Assembly (NCBI GenBank): GCA_963845065.1
Contig: CAWJQQ010000009.1
Span: forward strand, 1,056,001-1,120,000
Origin: Nitrospirota bacterium
Lineage (GTDB): Bacteria > Nitrospirota > UBA9217
Length of the DNA stretch: 64,000 nucleotides
Reading direction: 5' to 3'
Below, piece after piece: positions 52,755 through 61,808 of this stretch. Below the pieces are notes generated by a model. That model was not told where the DNA came from. It worked only from the letters and a program-made list of their open reading frames with translations, and did no database searches. How positions within the stretch are numbered: the first letter of the stretch is position 1; every line of letters starts with the position of its first letter. The translations under genes and the position numbers were made by a program.

Positions 52755-53593
52755 CCCAGATAACCGAAGATTCCTTTGAAAAGACTCTCTACAACTTCAT
52801 TCACTCAGAAAAAATAGACTTGGCCAACGTGTCCTTTATCGATCCCTACGGTATGATCGGACTTCTTGAGATTGGCGAACTCTGTATGCTTGAGGACGTA
52901 CGGAAGACTATCATCATGCCACGGTCCGACGAGGTAAACAGCTATCTCGACCGTATGGACTTCTTCACCTTAGCAAAGCGTTATTTTTATTTGGAACACG
53001 TTTCAACTGGCGCCGCGATAAAATATCAACGCAGTTCCAATTCGGATGTTCTACTCGAAATCACGGCTATCGAAAAAGTTAACGATATCCACTATATCGT
53101 AGGGAAGGTACAGGACCGTGCTCAGGCCATACTCGCGACTCATCTGCATTACGATGACCGAGCGATCAACGGATTCATCGTCGCCCTCTCCGAGATCTGC
53201 CAAAACATCATCGAACACAGCGAGAACAAGGGCTTCGTTGGGATTCAGAAATATCGCTATCAGAGCCTAGAAAAGAATATTGTTAAGATTGCGGTCATGG
53301 ATGTGGGGATAGGATTCCGGAAGTCGTTGTCCAACCGGTTTAAGCTGAAGAGCGATTTCGACGCTATTGACAAGGCTTTGCTCCACGGCGCATCGCGATA
53401 TGAAGACGAGGGCAGGGGACATGGCCTCGCTGGAGTACGCAAGTTTGTAACGCAATGGCAAGGCAAACTCTCGATCCGGTCCGGCACAGCTCGTCTTACC
53501 ATCATTCCCCAATGGGCGAGAGGCAGGGACCAAGAGCGGAATCTCACCTTCTTCCCGGGCAGCCAGATAAACATTCTCTTGCCTGAAATGTGA
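52751..53593 (+). CDS. STAS-like plus HATPase_c protein (RsbW/SpoIIAB-like putative Ser kinase)
   Basis: IDLANVSFIDPYG (STAS-like), N-box EICQNIIEHS, G1 DVGIGF, G2 RGHGL; no obvious DHp His or TM; ATGA overlap with pgpA. Confidence 0.8.
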   Translation: MTQITEDSFEKTLYNFIHSEKIDLANVSFIDPYGMIGLLEIGELCMLEDVRKTIIMPRSDEVNSYLDRMDFFTLAKRYFYLEHVSTGAAIKYQRSSNSDVLLEITAIEKVNDIHYIVGKVQDRAQAILATHLHYDDRAINGFIVALSEICQNIIEHSENKGFVGIQKYRYQSLEKNIVKIAVMDVGIGFRKSLSNRFKLKSDFDAIDKALLHGASRYEDEGRGHGLAGVRKFVTQWQGKLSIRSGTARLTIIPQWARGRDQERNLTFFPGSQINILLPEM

Positions 53594-53673
53594 TCTGGAC
53601 ATCCATACTGAATTCTCTTGTCATTCCCGCACAAACTGGGACACAGTTTTGTCATTCTCATTCAAAAAAAACC

Positions 53674-53723
53674 TTGACAAATATCATGAAATATGGTTCA
53701 ATTGATTCAATTGAATCAATTTA
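53674..53723 (+). promoter_or_regulatory. sigma70-like promoter with an overlapping 22-bp palindromic putative operator
   Basis: TTGACA (53674-53679), 17 bp, TG-extended TTCAAT (53697-53702); palindrome AATTGATTCAATTGAATCAATT (53700-53721). Confidence 0.65.
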
Positions 53724-54283
53724 TGAGAAAATATGACCTTTATAAAATATTAAAAGAGGAACTCGGTAACAACTCCAAGGACCTCGTCACCAGGCCGTCG
53801 GGTCAGGCGATTCGGGAACGCATCGAGCGGGATCTTGAAAGAGAATCTGACGGTGCGGTCATAAGTCTGGACTTTTCAAAGATCGGCGTGATAGATTACT
53901 CCTGCGCTGACGAGATTGTGGCAAAGCTTGTGTCGAGGCTGATCTCTGGCGAGTATGGGGGTAAGTATATTCTTCTTGAGGGACTGAACGAGAATCAGAG
54001 AGAAAATATAGAGGTTGCTGTCGAACGGAAGGATTTGGCGGTCATGGCCGAGATGAAGGATGGCAGCAGGAGTGTTTTGGGTAATCTCAATAGTTATCTC
54101 AAGGACACGCTTGATTTCATCGTAATGAAGAAAAGAGTCACATCTAAGGAACTTTCTGATGCGAAGAAAATTGAAGCAAATACAAGTGGCACACGCCTTC
54201 TGAACCTTCACAAAAAGCGGCTGGTGAGGCGCGTTGAGGAAGTCCGCGGCGATGGGAAGATATGGGTGTATGAAATCCTTTGA
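53723..54283 (+). CDS. STAS-like (DUF4325-like) plus winged helix-turn-helix protein
   Basis: LVTRPSGQAIR, ISLDFSKIGVIDYSCADEIVAKL (STAS-like, Ser at the phospho-acceptor position), VTSKELSD...ANTSGTRLLNLHKKRLVRR...KIWVY (wHTH); start set at ATG 53723, downstream of the promoter. Confidence 0.78.
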   Translation: MRKYDLYKILKEELGNNSKDLVTRPSGQAIRERIERDLERESDGAVISLDFSKIGVIDYSCADEIVAKLVSRLISGEYGGKYILLEGLNENQRENIEVAVERKDLAVMAEMKDGSRSVLGNLNSYLKDTLDFIVMKKRVTSKELSDAKKIEANTSGTRLLNLHKKRLVRRVEEVRGDGKIWVYEIL

Positions 54284-54507
54284 CGTCCTCCCATCACTAA
54301 TCCATGCTGGGTTGCTCGCGATGGACACTAACTGCCAATTTTCGTTGACTGCAAATGTATAGCGATGATACAATAACAATCTGAATTCTATTCGGTGGGC
54401 GATCACAGGGGAAACCCCTGCAAATACGAAAGCTTGTCAGCCATCTCTTCGTGGTTTAGCGACTTCATGGTGGAATTTTGGTTCCGGCTTGTCCGGGTTA
54501 GGGGTTA

Positions 54508-55746
54508 ATGATAATGCGTGCAGAAATTATAGCTACCGGCACCGAACTCTTGACCGGTTCCGTTGATACAAACTCCGTCTTTTTATCCGAAGAACTCATG
54601 CTCGTGGGCCTCGAGACAGCCTTCAAGACCGTCGTGGGTGACGATGAAAAAGATATGGAAGATGCGCTTAAGCGAGCCCTGGAACGGGTAGATGCGGTGA
54701 TCATCACTGGCGGGCTGGGCCCGACGGAAGACGATGTCACCCGCAAAGTGATTGCCAAAATCACAAAAAAGCGTCTCATACTGAATGAAGATGCTCGCAA
54801 GACGATTCACGCTAAACTTGCAGGCAGGGGCAAGGACGTTATCATCGCGAACGAGCGGCAAGCGCTGATACCTGCCGGCACGCGCATTCTCCCCAACCCG
54901 GCTGGAATTGCGCCGGGATTTTATATCAACGAAGAGGGCCCATTTCTGGCCGTGCTACCCGGCGTCCCAAAAGAGATGCGTGCCATGTACAGTGAAGGAC
55001 TCAAACCCGCACTCGTTCAGCGCTTTGGTGGCAGATCGTTCATCAAACGAAGAGTACTGCGTACCTGTGGCGTATCAGAGTCAGCCGTGAACCATTCCAT
55101 CCAGGATATCATGCGGAGTGGTGAATCGACGGTGGGTTTGTCGGTCAAGGAGGCCGGCGTAGATGTCCGTATCATTGCCCACGCAACTAGCAGTGATCAG
55201 GCTCAGGCGCTTGTTGAACGGACTGAAGCAGCCATCCGGGAAAAACTTAACGATGCGATCTTCGGAGTAGACGGTGTAGAACTGGAAGAGGTGGTCGGCG
55301 CGCTCTTGAAGCAGCGCAGGCTCAAACTCGCTGTGGCCGAATCCTGTACAGGTGGACTGGTTGGCGCACGGATTACGAACATCGCTGGAAGCTCCGAATA
55401 TTTCGAGCGTGCGGCAGTCGTGTACAGCAATCGTGCGAAAAACGAGATGCTCGGCGTGCCTCTTGACCTGATCGAGCGCCACGGTGCCGTCAGCAGCGAA
55501 GTAGCTGTGGCCATGGCGCAGGGTATCCAACAGGCCGCACGTACCGACCTGGGGCTTTCGGTTACGGGCATTGCCGGGCCGAACGGCGGGACTGAAAAGA
55601 AACCCGTGGGTCTAACATACATTGCACTGGCATCACCCCAAGGAACTAAAACAGCAGAATACCGGCTAATCGGAAACAGAGAACAGGTCCGCATGAGGGC
55701 TTCGCAGATGGCGCTCGACATGGTAAGGCGGTACCTTATAGGTTAG
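54508..55746 (+). CDS. cinA: Competence/damage-inducible protein CinA (with NMN deamidase PncC domain)
   Basis: IATGTELL, DTNS, VGDD, TGGLGPTEDDVT, LPGVP, AESCTGG, SVTGIAGPNGGT. Confidence 0.95.
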   Translation: MIMRAEIIATGTELLTGSVDTNSVFLSEELMLVGLETAFKTVVGDDEKDMEDALKRALERVDAVIITGGLGPTEDDVTRKVIAKITKKRLILNEDARKTIHAKLAGRGKDVIIANERQALIPAGTRILPNPAGIAPGFYINEEGPFLAVLPGVPKEMRAMYSEGLKPALVQRFGGRSFIKRRVLRTCGVSESAVNHSIQDIMRSGESTVGLSVKEAGVDVRIIAHATSSDQAQALVERTEAAIREKLNDAIFGVDGVELEEVVGALLKQRRLKLAVAESCTGGLVGARITNIAGSSEYFERAAVVYSNRAKNEMLGVPLDLIERHGAVSSEVAVAMAQGIQQAARTDLGLSVTGIAGPNGGTEKKPVGLTYIALASPQGTKTAEYRLIGNREQVRMRASQMALDMVRRYLIG

Positions 55747-55761
55747 GAAGCAGTAGCCAGG

Positions 55762-56322
55762 ATGAGGATATTCATCGCCATAGAGATTCCTGACGAGATC
55801 AAGGCAATACTGACTGAAGCTCAGCAAAGCCTTAAGGGCTCAGGTGTAGTGGATGCGAGTTGGCCCCGGCCTGAAGGCATCCATCTGACGCTCAAATTTC
55901 TTGGCGAGGTGTCGGAGTCAAAGGTTCCGGATATTATAGATGGACTGCGACACGCCGCAGAAGGAACCGGGCCATTCCGGCTTGAAGTCAGCGGTATTGG
56001 GACGTTTCCGAACCCCAAGAATCCACGCGTGGTCTGGGTTGGACTTTCTGGGGATGTTGAGAAACTCTCTCTTCTTCAGACAGCTGTCGAAGATGCTTTA
56101 AACAGTATCGGCTTCGAACGTGAGGAGCGGGTATTTACGCCGCACCTCACGCTCGGCAGGATCAAGTATATCCGGTCTCGTGATAGGTGGCTCAAAGCGC
56201 TTGCTGAAACCAAGAATATCCGTTTATCCGGGTTCGACGTTGCAGCAGTAAGCCTTATAAAAAGCGATCTCAAGCCAACGGGGGCGGTATACACGGAGAT
56301 CGGCAGGATAGAATTAAGTTAA
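55762..56322 (+). CDS. thpR: RNA 2',3'-cyclic phosphodiesterase (2H family)
   Basis: MRIFIAI, HLTLKFLGE, PRVVWVG, FTPHLTLGR. Confidence 0.94.
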   Translation: MRIFIAIEIPDEIKAILTEAQQSLKGSGVVDASWPRPEGIHLTLKFLGEVSESKVPDIIDGLRHAAEGTGPFRLEVSGIGTFPNPKNPRVVWVGLSGDVEKLSLLQTAVEDALNSIGFEREERVFTPHLTLGRIKYIRSRDRWLKALAETKNIRLSGFDVAAVSLIKSDLKPTGAVYTEIGRIELS

Positions 56323-56392
56323 GTACAAAAGTGTAACGTTCATCAAAATTTAAAATACTGGACAGCCGCGCGGCGGCGAAAGGAGAATGGGA

Positions 56393-57520
56393 ATGGCGGA
56401 TAAGGATAAATTAAAGGCATTAGAGCTGGCGGTTGGCCAGATCGAAAAACAGTTCGGCAAGGGTTCGATCATGCGTTTGGGCAAGGAGGAAGTTCCCGCA
56501 GGTATTCCCGCAATATCTACCGGATCGCTAGGCTTGGACATCGCTCTCGGCGTGGGCGGCGTGCCGCGGGGGAGAATTATTGAGATTTACGGTCCGGAGT
56601 CTTCGGGTAAGACCACGCTGGCGCTCCATATGATCGCTGAGGCGCAGAAGGCCGGAGGCCAGGCGGCCTTTATCGATGCGGAGCATGCCCTTGATATCAC
56701 CTATGCGCGTAAGCTGGGTGTGCGCACCGACGACCTTCTCATCTCCCAGCCCGATACGGGCGAGCAGGCACTAGAAATTACCGAGACCCTAGTGCGAAGC
56801 GGCGCCATCGATGTGATTATTGTGGACTCCGTTGCAGCGCTCACGCCACGTGCCGAGATTGAAGGCGAGATGGGCGACGCACATATGGGGCTTCAGGCTC
56901 GGCTCATGAGCCAGGCGCTCAGAAAGCTGACCGGCGCGATCAGCAAGTCTAACACTACACTTATCTTTATCAACCAGATCCGTATGAAGATCGGCGTGAT
57001 GTTCGGGAACCCTGAAACCACGACGGGTGGCAATGCACTCAAATTTTACGCTTCGGTCCGGCTCGACATCCGCAAACTCTCGGCGATCAAGGAAGGCGAG
57101 GAAGTGACCGGCGGAAGAGTGAAGGTTAAAGTTGTGAAGAATAAGATAGCGCCGCCGTTTCGGGCAGCTGAATTCGATATCATGTTTAACGAAGGCATAT
57201 CCAAGATCGGCGAGATCATCGACATCGGTGCGGAGAAGAATATCATCGAGAAGAGCGGTGCATGGTTTTCGTACAGCGGAACGAGGATCGGACAGGGGCG
57301 TGAGAATGTAAAACAGTTCCTTCACGATCACGCGGACATGGCCCAGGAGATCGAGGCGAAGGTACGGCATGCTGCGGGACTCCCAGGTGCCAGTGTGCCT
57401 GACGCGTCAGCTGCCGCAGCACCGGTAAAGGAAGCAACGCCAAAGGAAAAAGAGAGCACTTTGGAAAAAGGTGGAAAAACAGCAAAAGGGCTTAAGTCCG
57501 AAAAACACGCGGAGGCATAA
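56393..57520 (+). CDS. recA: Recombinase RecA
   Basis: [53 protein letters not shown]; second ATG chosen for RBS spacing. Confidence 0.98.
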   Translation: MADKDKLKALELAVGQIEKQFGKGSIMRLGKEEVPAGIPAISTGSLGLDIALGVGGVPRGRIIEIYGPESSGKTTLALHMIAEAQKAGGQAAFIDAEHALDITYARKLGVRTDDLLISQPDTGEQALEITETLVRSGAIDVIIVDSVAALTPRAEIEGEMGDAHMGLQARLMSQALRKLTGAISKSNTTLIFINQIRMKIGVMFGNPETTTGGNALKFYASVRLDIRKLSAIKEGEEVTGGRVKVKVVKNKIAPPFRAAEFDIMFNEGISKIGEIIDIGAEKNIIEKSGAWFSYSGTRIGQGRENVKQFLHDHADMAQEIEAKVRHAAGLPGASVPDASAAAAPVKEATPKEKESTLEKGGKTAKGLKSEKHAEA

Positions 57521-58693
57521 ATGAATCTGAATGATCTGCTCAAAGCGACTTTTGAAAAACGTGCGTCTGACCTGCATTTGAAGGTCGGTGTTCCCCCCAT
57601 TCTTCGGATAGACGGAAGGCTCGTTCCGCTCGATACTGAAAAGCGGACGACGCAGGAAGATGCGTTGACCATCGCGCTCAGCATCATGAACCCTGCCCAG
57701 AAAATCAAATTCAAGGAAAAGAACGAGCTCGACATGGCTTATGCCGTACCGGGGCTCGGCCGGTTCCGGGTGAATGTATTCCAGCAACGCGGTAGTGTGG
57801 GCATGGTGTTTCGACTGGTCCCCGGCAAGATCCTGACATTCGAGGACCTCATGCTCCCGACGGTGCTGCAGAAGATAGCGAATGAGCAGCGCGGCCTCAT
57901 TCTCGTGACGGGTACGACGGGAAGCGGTAAATCAACAACCCTTGCGGCAATGATCGATTATATCAATACCACCCGTACAGCTAACATCATCACGATCGAA
58001 GACCCGATCGAATTCCTCCATAGAGATAAAAAGAGCATTGTGAACCAGCGAGAGATCGGCTCGGATACGTTTAGCTTCAGTGATGCACTCAGGAGCTCCT
58101 TGCGCCAAGACCCCGATGTGATCCTCGTGGGCGAAATGCGCGATTTCGAGACTATTTCGACGGCCCTGACTGCAGCCGAGACTGGACACCTGGTGCTCTC
58201 AACACTTCATACTCTGGATGCAGCTGAAACCATCAATCGGATCATTACTGTGTTTCCGCCGTACCAGCAAAAGCAGGTCCGGATGCAGCTTGCTTCGGTG
58301 ATCAAGGGAATTATCTCACAACGGCTCGTTGCCAAGGCAGACGGAAGCGGACGCGTACCGGCTGCGGAAGTCCTTCTGGGTACATTATCGGTACGCGAGG
58401 CAATCATCGATGACGCCAAGACGCGCCAGATCCCGTCTATCGTTGCGCAAGGACTCACGCATTATGGCATGCAGACCTTTGACCAATCGCTCCTCATGCT
58501 CTACAAAAAAGGATATATTACCTATGATGAGGCCTTGTTGACTGCGACCAATCCTGACGACTTCGCCCTCAAGGTCAAGGGGATCCAATCCACAAGTGAT
58601 ATGGCAACGGAAGAGGATGAGATGCGGAAAAGCGGTATGAAACCGAGAGGTGGCGGTATGGACTTCAAGATAGACCGGTTCGGGGACAAATAA
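57521..58693 (+). CDS. pilT: PilT/PilU-family type IV pilus ATPase
   Basis: ASDLHL, GRFRVNVF, VTGTTGSGKSTT, TIEDPIE, LRQDPDVILVGEMRD, ETGHLVLSTLHT, GMQTFDQ. Confidence 0.9.
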   Translation: MNLNDLLKATFEKRASDLHLKVGVPPILRIDGRLVPLDTEKRTTQEDALTIALSIMNPAQKIKFKEKNELDMAYAVPGLGRFRVNVFQQRGSVGMVFRLVPGKILTFEDLMLPTVLQKIANEQRGLILVTGTTGSGKSTTLAAMIDYINTTRTANIITIEDPIEFLHRDKKSIVNQREIGSDTFSFSDALRSSLRQDPDVILVGEMRDFETISTALTAAETGHLVLSTLHTLDAAETINRIITVFPPYQQKQVRMQLASVIKGIISQRLVAKADGSGRVPAAEVLLGTLSVREAIIDDAKTRQIPSIVAQGLTHYGMQTFDQSLLMLYKKGYITYDEALLTATNPDDFALKVKGIQSTSDMATEEDEMRKSGMKPRGGGMDFKIDRFGDK

Positions 58694-58791
58694 ATGTAGT
58701 TGAAACAGCAACACGTTGGAAACATTAGCAACTTGCGCCAGTTCGAAATCATCCGTCGTTTCGTTAATTTTGTCCATGTAAGGAGTAAGAC

Positions 58792-61428
58792 TTGAAAGCA
58801 AACGATTTACGAAATATGTTCCTGAACTATTTTGCAGAACGCGGGCACAAGATCGTGCCCAGTTCGTCACTTGTGCCTAAGAATGACCCAACGCTGTTAT
58901 TTACGAATGCGGGCATGGTGCAGTTCAAGGGTGTGTTTCTCGGTGAAGACATTCGCGATTACAACCGGGCTGTAACCTCCCAGAAGTGCGTTCGGGCTGG
59001 CGGCAAGCACAACGATCTTGAAAATGTCGGTCATACGGCTCGCCACCACACATTTTTCGAGATGCTCGGCAATTTCTCCTTCGGCGACTACTTTAAAAAG
59101 GACGCCATTGCTTTTGCCTGGGAATTTCTGACGACGGTTGTGAATCTCCCAAAAGAAAAACTATGGGTTACGATTTATAAAGATGACGATGAGGCATTCA
59201 AGCTCTGGCAGGACATTGCCAAGGTCCCAGTAGACCGTATAGTGCGGCTCGGCGAGAAGGACAATTTCTGGTCTATGGGAGATACAGGCCCCTGCGGCCC
59301 GTGTTCAGAGATCATTATTGACCAGGGGGAGGAGATATCCTGTGGTAAACCTGACTGTGCGGTTGGGTGTGACTGCGACCGGTATCTCGAAATCTGGAAT
59401 CTGGTCTTTATGCAATTTAACCGTGACGAGACCGGTAAACTCACGCCGCTCCCCAAACCCTCCATCGATACTGGTATGGGATTGGAGCGCCTGTCTTCCG
59501 TGGTCCAGAAAGTAAGGACTAACTTTGAAACTGACTTGTTTAAGTCAATCATCAAACAGATCGCTACCTTGGCAGGCGTTCCCTATCACAAAGATAAACA
59601 GGCAGACATCTCCTACCAGGTAATCGCAGACCATTTGAGGGCCATGACATTCCTGATTTCCGACGGCGTACTGCCCTCGAACGAGGGGAGGGGATATGTG
59701 CTCCGTAGGATTATCCGACGTGCGAGCCGTTACGCGAGACTCATTGGAATTAGTAAGCCTATTCTGTTTAAACTTACCGGCGCTGTTGTGGACGAGATGC
59801 GAGAAGCCTACCCAGAGTTGGTTGACAGTCGCGAGCACGTGGCAAAGGTTGTCCTCCTTGAAGAAGAGCGGTTTGCCACAACCCTTGAGTCCGGCTTAGC
59901 GATTCTGAATGAGACTGCAGAAAAGCTCAAGGCTACGGATGCAAAAACTATACCTGGTGATGTTCTTTTCAAATTGTACGATACCTTTGGGTTTCCACTG
60001 GATCTTGTTGCCGATATGGCCCGCGACATGCACCTTCAACTTGATGAGGCTGGATACCATCGTGCCATGCAAGAGCAACGGGAAAAGGCCCGAGCAGCAT
60101 GGGCAGGCTCGGGGGAACAAAAAATCAAACTTATTTATAAGGAAATATCCGCCATAGTCACGAAACAGGTGTTTACAGGCTACGACACTCTTGAAGGGAC
60201 CGGGTCTATCCTTGCAATCATTAAGGGAGATAGCAAAGTTGCTATGGCACACGAAGGCGAAGATATCGAGATTGTTCTCGACATGACGCCTTTTTACGCT
60301 GCCTCAGGCGGACAGGTTGGTGATAAAGGCGAGCTGTTAGGCGAAGCTGCCAAGTTTCAAGTATCGGACACGGTCAAACCTATAGAAAATCTCATCGTGC
60401 ACAAAGGCAAGGTAAAGAAGGGAGTGTTCAAGACCGGAGACGCTGTGCTTGCGAAAGTGGAGGCTGAGGACCGTGGGGACACTGCCCGTCATCATACGGT
60501 TACCCATATCCTGCATGCTACACTCCGGTCCGTCCTGGGTGAACACGTGAAACAGGCGGGTTCGCTCGTGGCTCCTGATAGACTGCGTTTCGATTTTACA
60601 CATTATACGGCGCTCACGGATCGGGAGCGGGAGCGGATCGAGGATATCGTGAACGAACGCATCATCGAGAACCATCCCGTGGAAACCGTAGTAATGGATA
60701 TAGACCAGGCTGTAGCCTCGGGAGCGATGGCGCTCTTCGATGAAAAATACGGAGACAAGGTGCGGGTGGTAACAGTCAAAGAGGTAAGCAAGGAACTGTG
60801 CGGTGGGACACATACGAGGGCCAGTGGAGACATCGGTTCGTTTAAAATCATTTCAGAGGCCGGGGTCGCCGCGGGTGTCCGCAGGATTGAGGCTGTGGCG
60901 GGCAGACGTGCATACCGGACGTTCAAGCGCGAGGAACAGAACCTCCTCGACATTGCACAGCTGCTCAAGACAACCGAACTCGACGTGGTCCCTCGCGTTG
61001 AAAAACTCGTGGCTCAGGTCAGGAGCTTGGAAAAAGAACTCGATAAGTTCAAACACAAATTCCAATCGTCACAAACCGGCGATGTGTTAGCGGAAGCGAG
61101 AGAGATTAACGGTGTAAAAGTCCTTGTTAAACGCATGGACAACATGGAACAAAAGGATTTGAGGGATTTTGGGGATAAACTTCGGGACAAACTTGGTACT
61201 GGCATTCTGGCGCTGGGGTCGGCAAAAAACGAGAAAGTGAGTCTTATTGTAATGGTGTCCAATGACCTGACCTACCGGTTTCACGCAGGCCAAATCATTA
61301 AAGAAATGGCTCTCATTCTAGGAGGCACCGGCGGAGGCAAGCCCGATATGGCCCAGTCCGGCGGAAAAGATCCCAGAAAACTGGATACCGCGCTTGACGC
61401 GTTGTATGGTATAATTAAAAAGAATTAA
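58792..61428 (+). CDS. alaS: Alanine--tRNA ligase
   Basis: DPTLLFTNAGMVQFK, HHTFFEMLGNFSFGDYFK, IDTGMGLER, HT.THILH and ELCGGTH editing motifs, GGGKPDMAQ. Confidence 0.98.
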   Translation: MKANDLRNMFLNYFAERGHKIVPSSSLVPKNDPTLLFTNAGMVQFKGVFLGEDIRDYNRAVTSQKCVRAGGKHNDLENVGHTARHHTFFEMLGNFSFGDYFKKDAIAFAWEFLTTVVNLPKEKLWVTIYKDDDEAFKLWQDIAKVPVDRIVRLGEKDNFWSMGDTGPCGPCSEIIIDQGEEISCGKPDCAVGCDCDRYLEIWNLVFMQFNRDETGKLTPLPKPSIDTGMGLERLSSVVQKVRTNFETDLFKSIIKQIATLAGVPYHKDKQADISYQVIADHLRAMTFLISDGVLPSNEGRGYVLRRIIRRASRYARLIGISKPILFKLTGAVVDEMREAYPELVDSREHVAKVVLLEEERFATTLESGLAILNETAEKLKATDAKTIPGDVLFKLYDTFGFPLDLVADMARDMHLQLDEAGYHRAMQEQREKARAAWAGSGEQKIKLIYKEISAIVTKQVFTGYDTLEGTGSILAIIKGDSKVAMAHEGEDIEIVLDMTPFYAASGGQVGDKGELLGEAAKFQVSDTVKPIENLIVHKGKVKKGVFKTGDAVLAKVEAEDRGDTARHHTVTHILHATLRSVLGEHVKQAGSLVAPDRLRFDFTHYTALTDRERERIEDIVNERIIENHPVETVVMDIDQAVASGAMALFDEKYGDKVRVVTVKEVSKELCGGTHTRASGDIGSFKIISEAGVAAGVRRIEAVAGRRAYRTFKREEQNLLDIAQLLKTTELDVVPRVEKLVAQVRSLEKELDKFKHKFQSSQTGDVLAEAREINGVKVLVKRMDNMEQKDLRDFGDKLRDKLGTGILALGSAKNEKVSLIVMVSNDLTYRFHAGQIIKEMALILGGTGGGKPDMAQSGGKDPRKLDTALDALYGIIKKN

Positions 61429-61466
61429 GGAGAAACGGCAGACATAATCCATAAAGGAGGCTAACA

Positions 61467-61787
61467 ATGACGGTTGCAGAGGTCATCAAGAAGGCTATGC
61501 TGGCAGGATTGGGCGCGCAAGAGAAAGCCAAGGAGTTTGTCGGAGAGTTGGTCAAGGCAGGGGAGCTTTCAAAGAACGAGGGCGCTACGCTAGTTAAGGA
61601 ATGGGTCTCCAAAGCTGAGGAGAGCACCAAAGACATGGATCACAAGCTTAAAGATGCAATTTCTGCCGCCTTTGAAAAGTTCAATATCCCATCACGTGAT
61701 GATGTGGCGAGCTTGGAGAAAAAAATCCAGGGTCTGTCTGCGCGGCTCTCGAAACTTGAGGGGGGCGATGGAAAGGGTGGGGACTAA
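61467..61787 (+). CDS. Phasin-family protein
   Basis: KKAMLAGLGA, ELVKAGE, NIPSRDDV..LEKKI..L; directly upstream of an ABC1 kinase gene. Confidence 0.75.
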   Translation: MTVAEVIKKAMLAGLGAQEKAKEFVGELVKAGELSKNEGATLVKEWVSKAEESTKDMDHKLKDAISAAFEKFNIPSRDDVASLEKKIQGLSARLSKLEGGDGKGGD

Positions 61788-61808
61788 GCTCCCGTCCCTG
61801 CGGCACTA

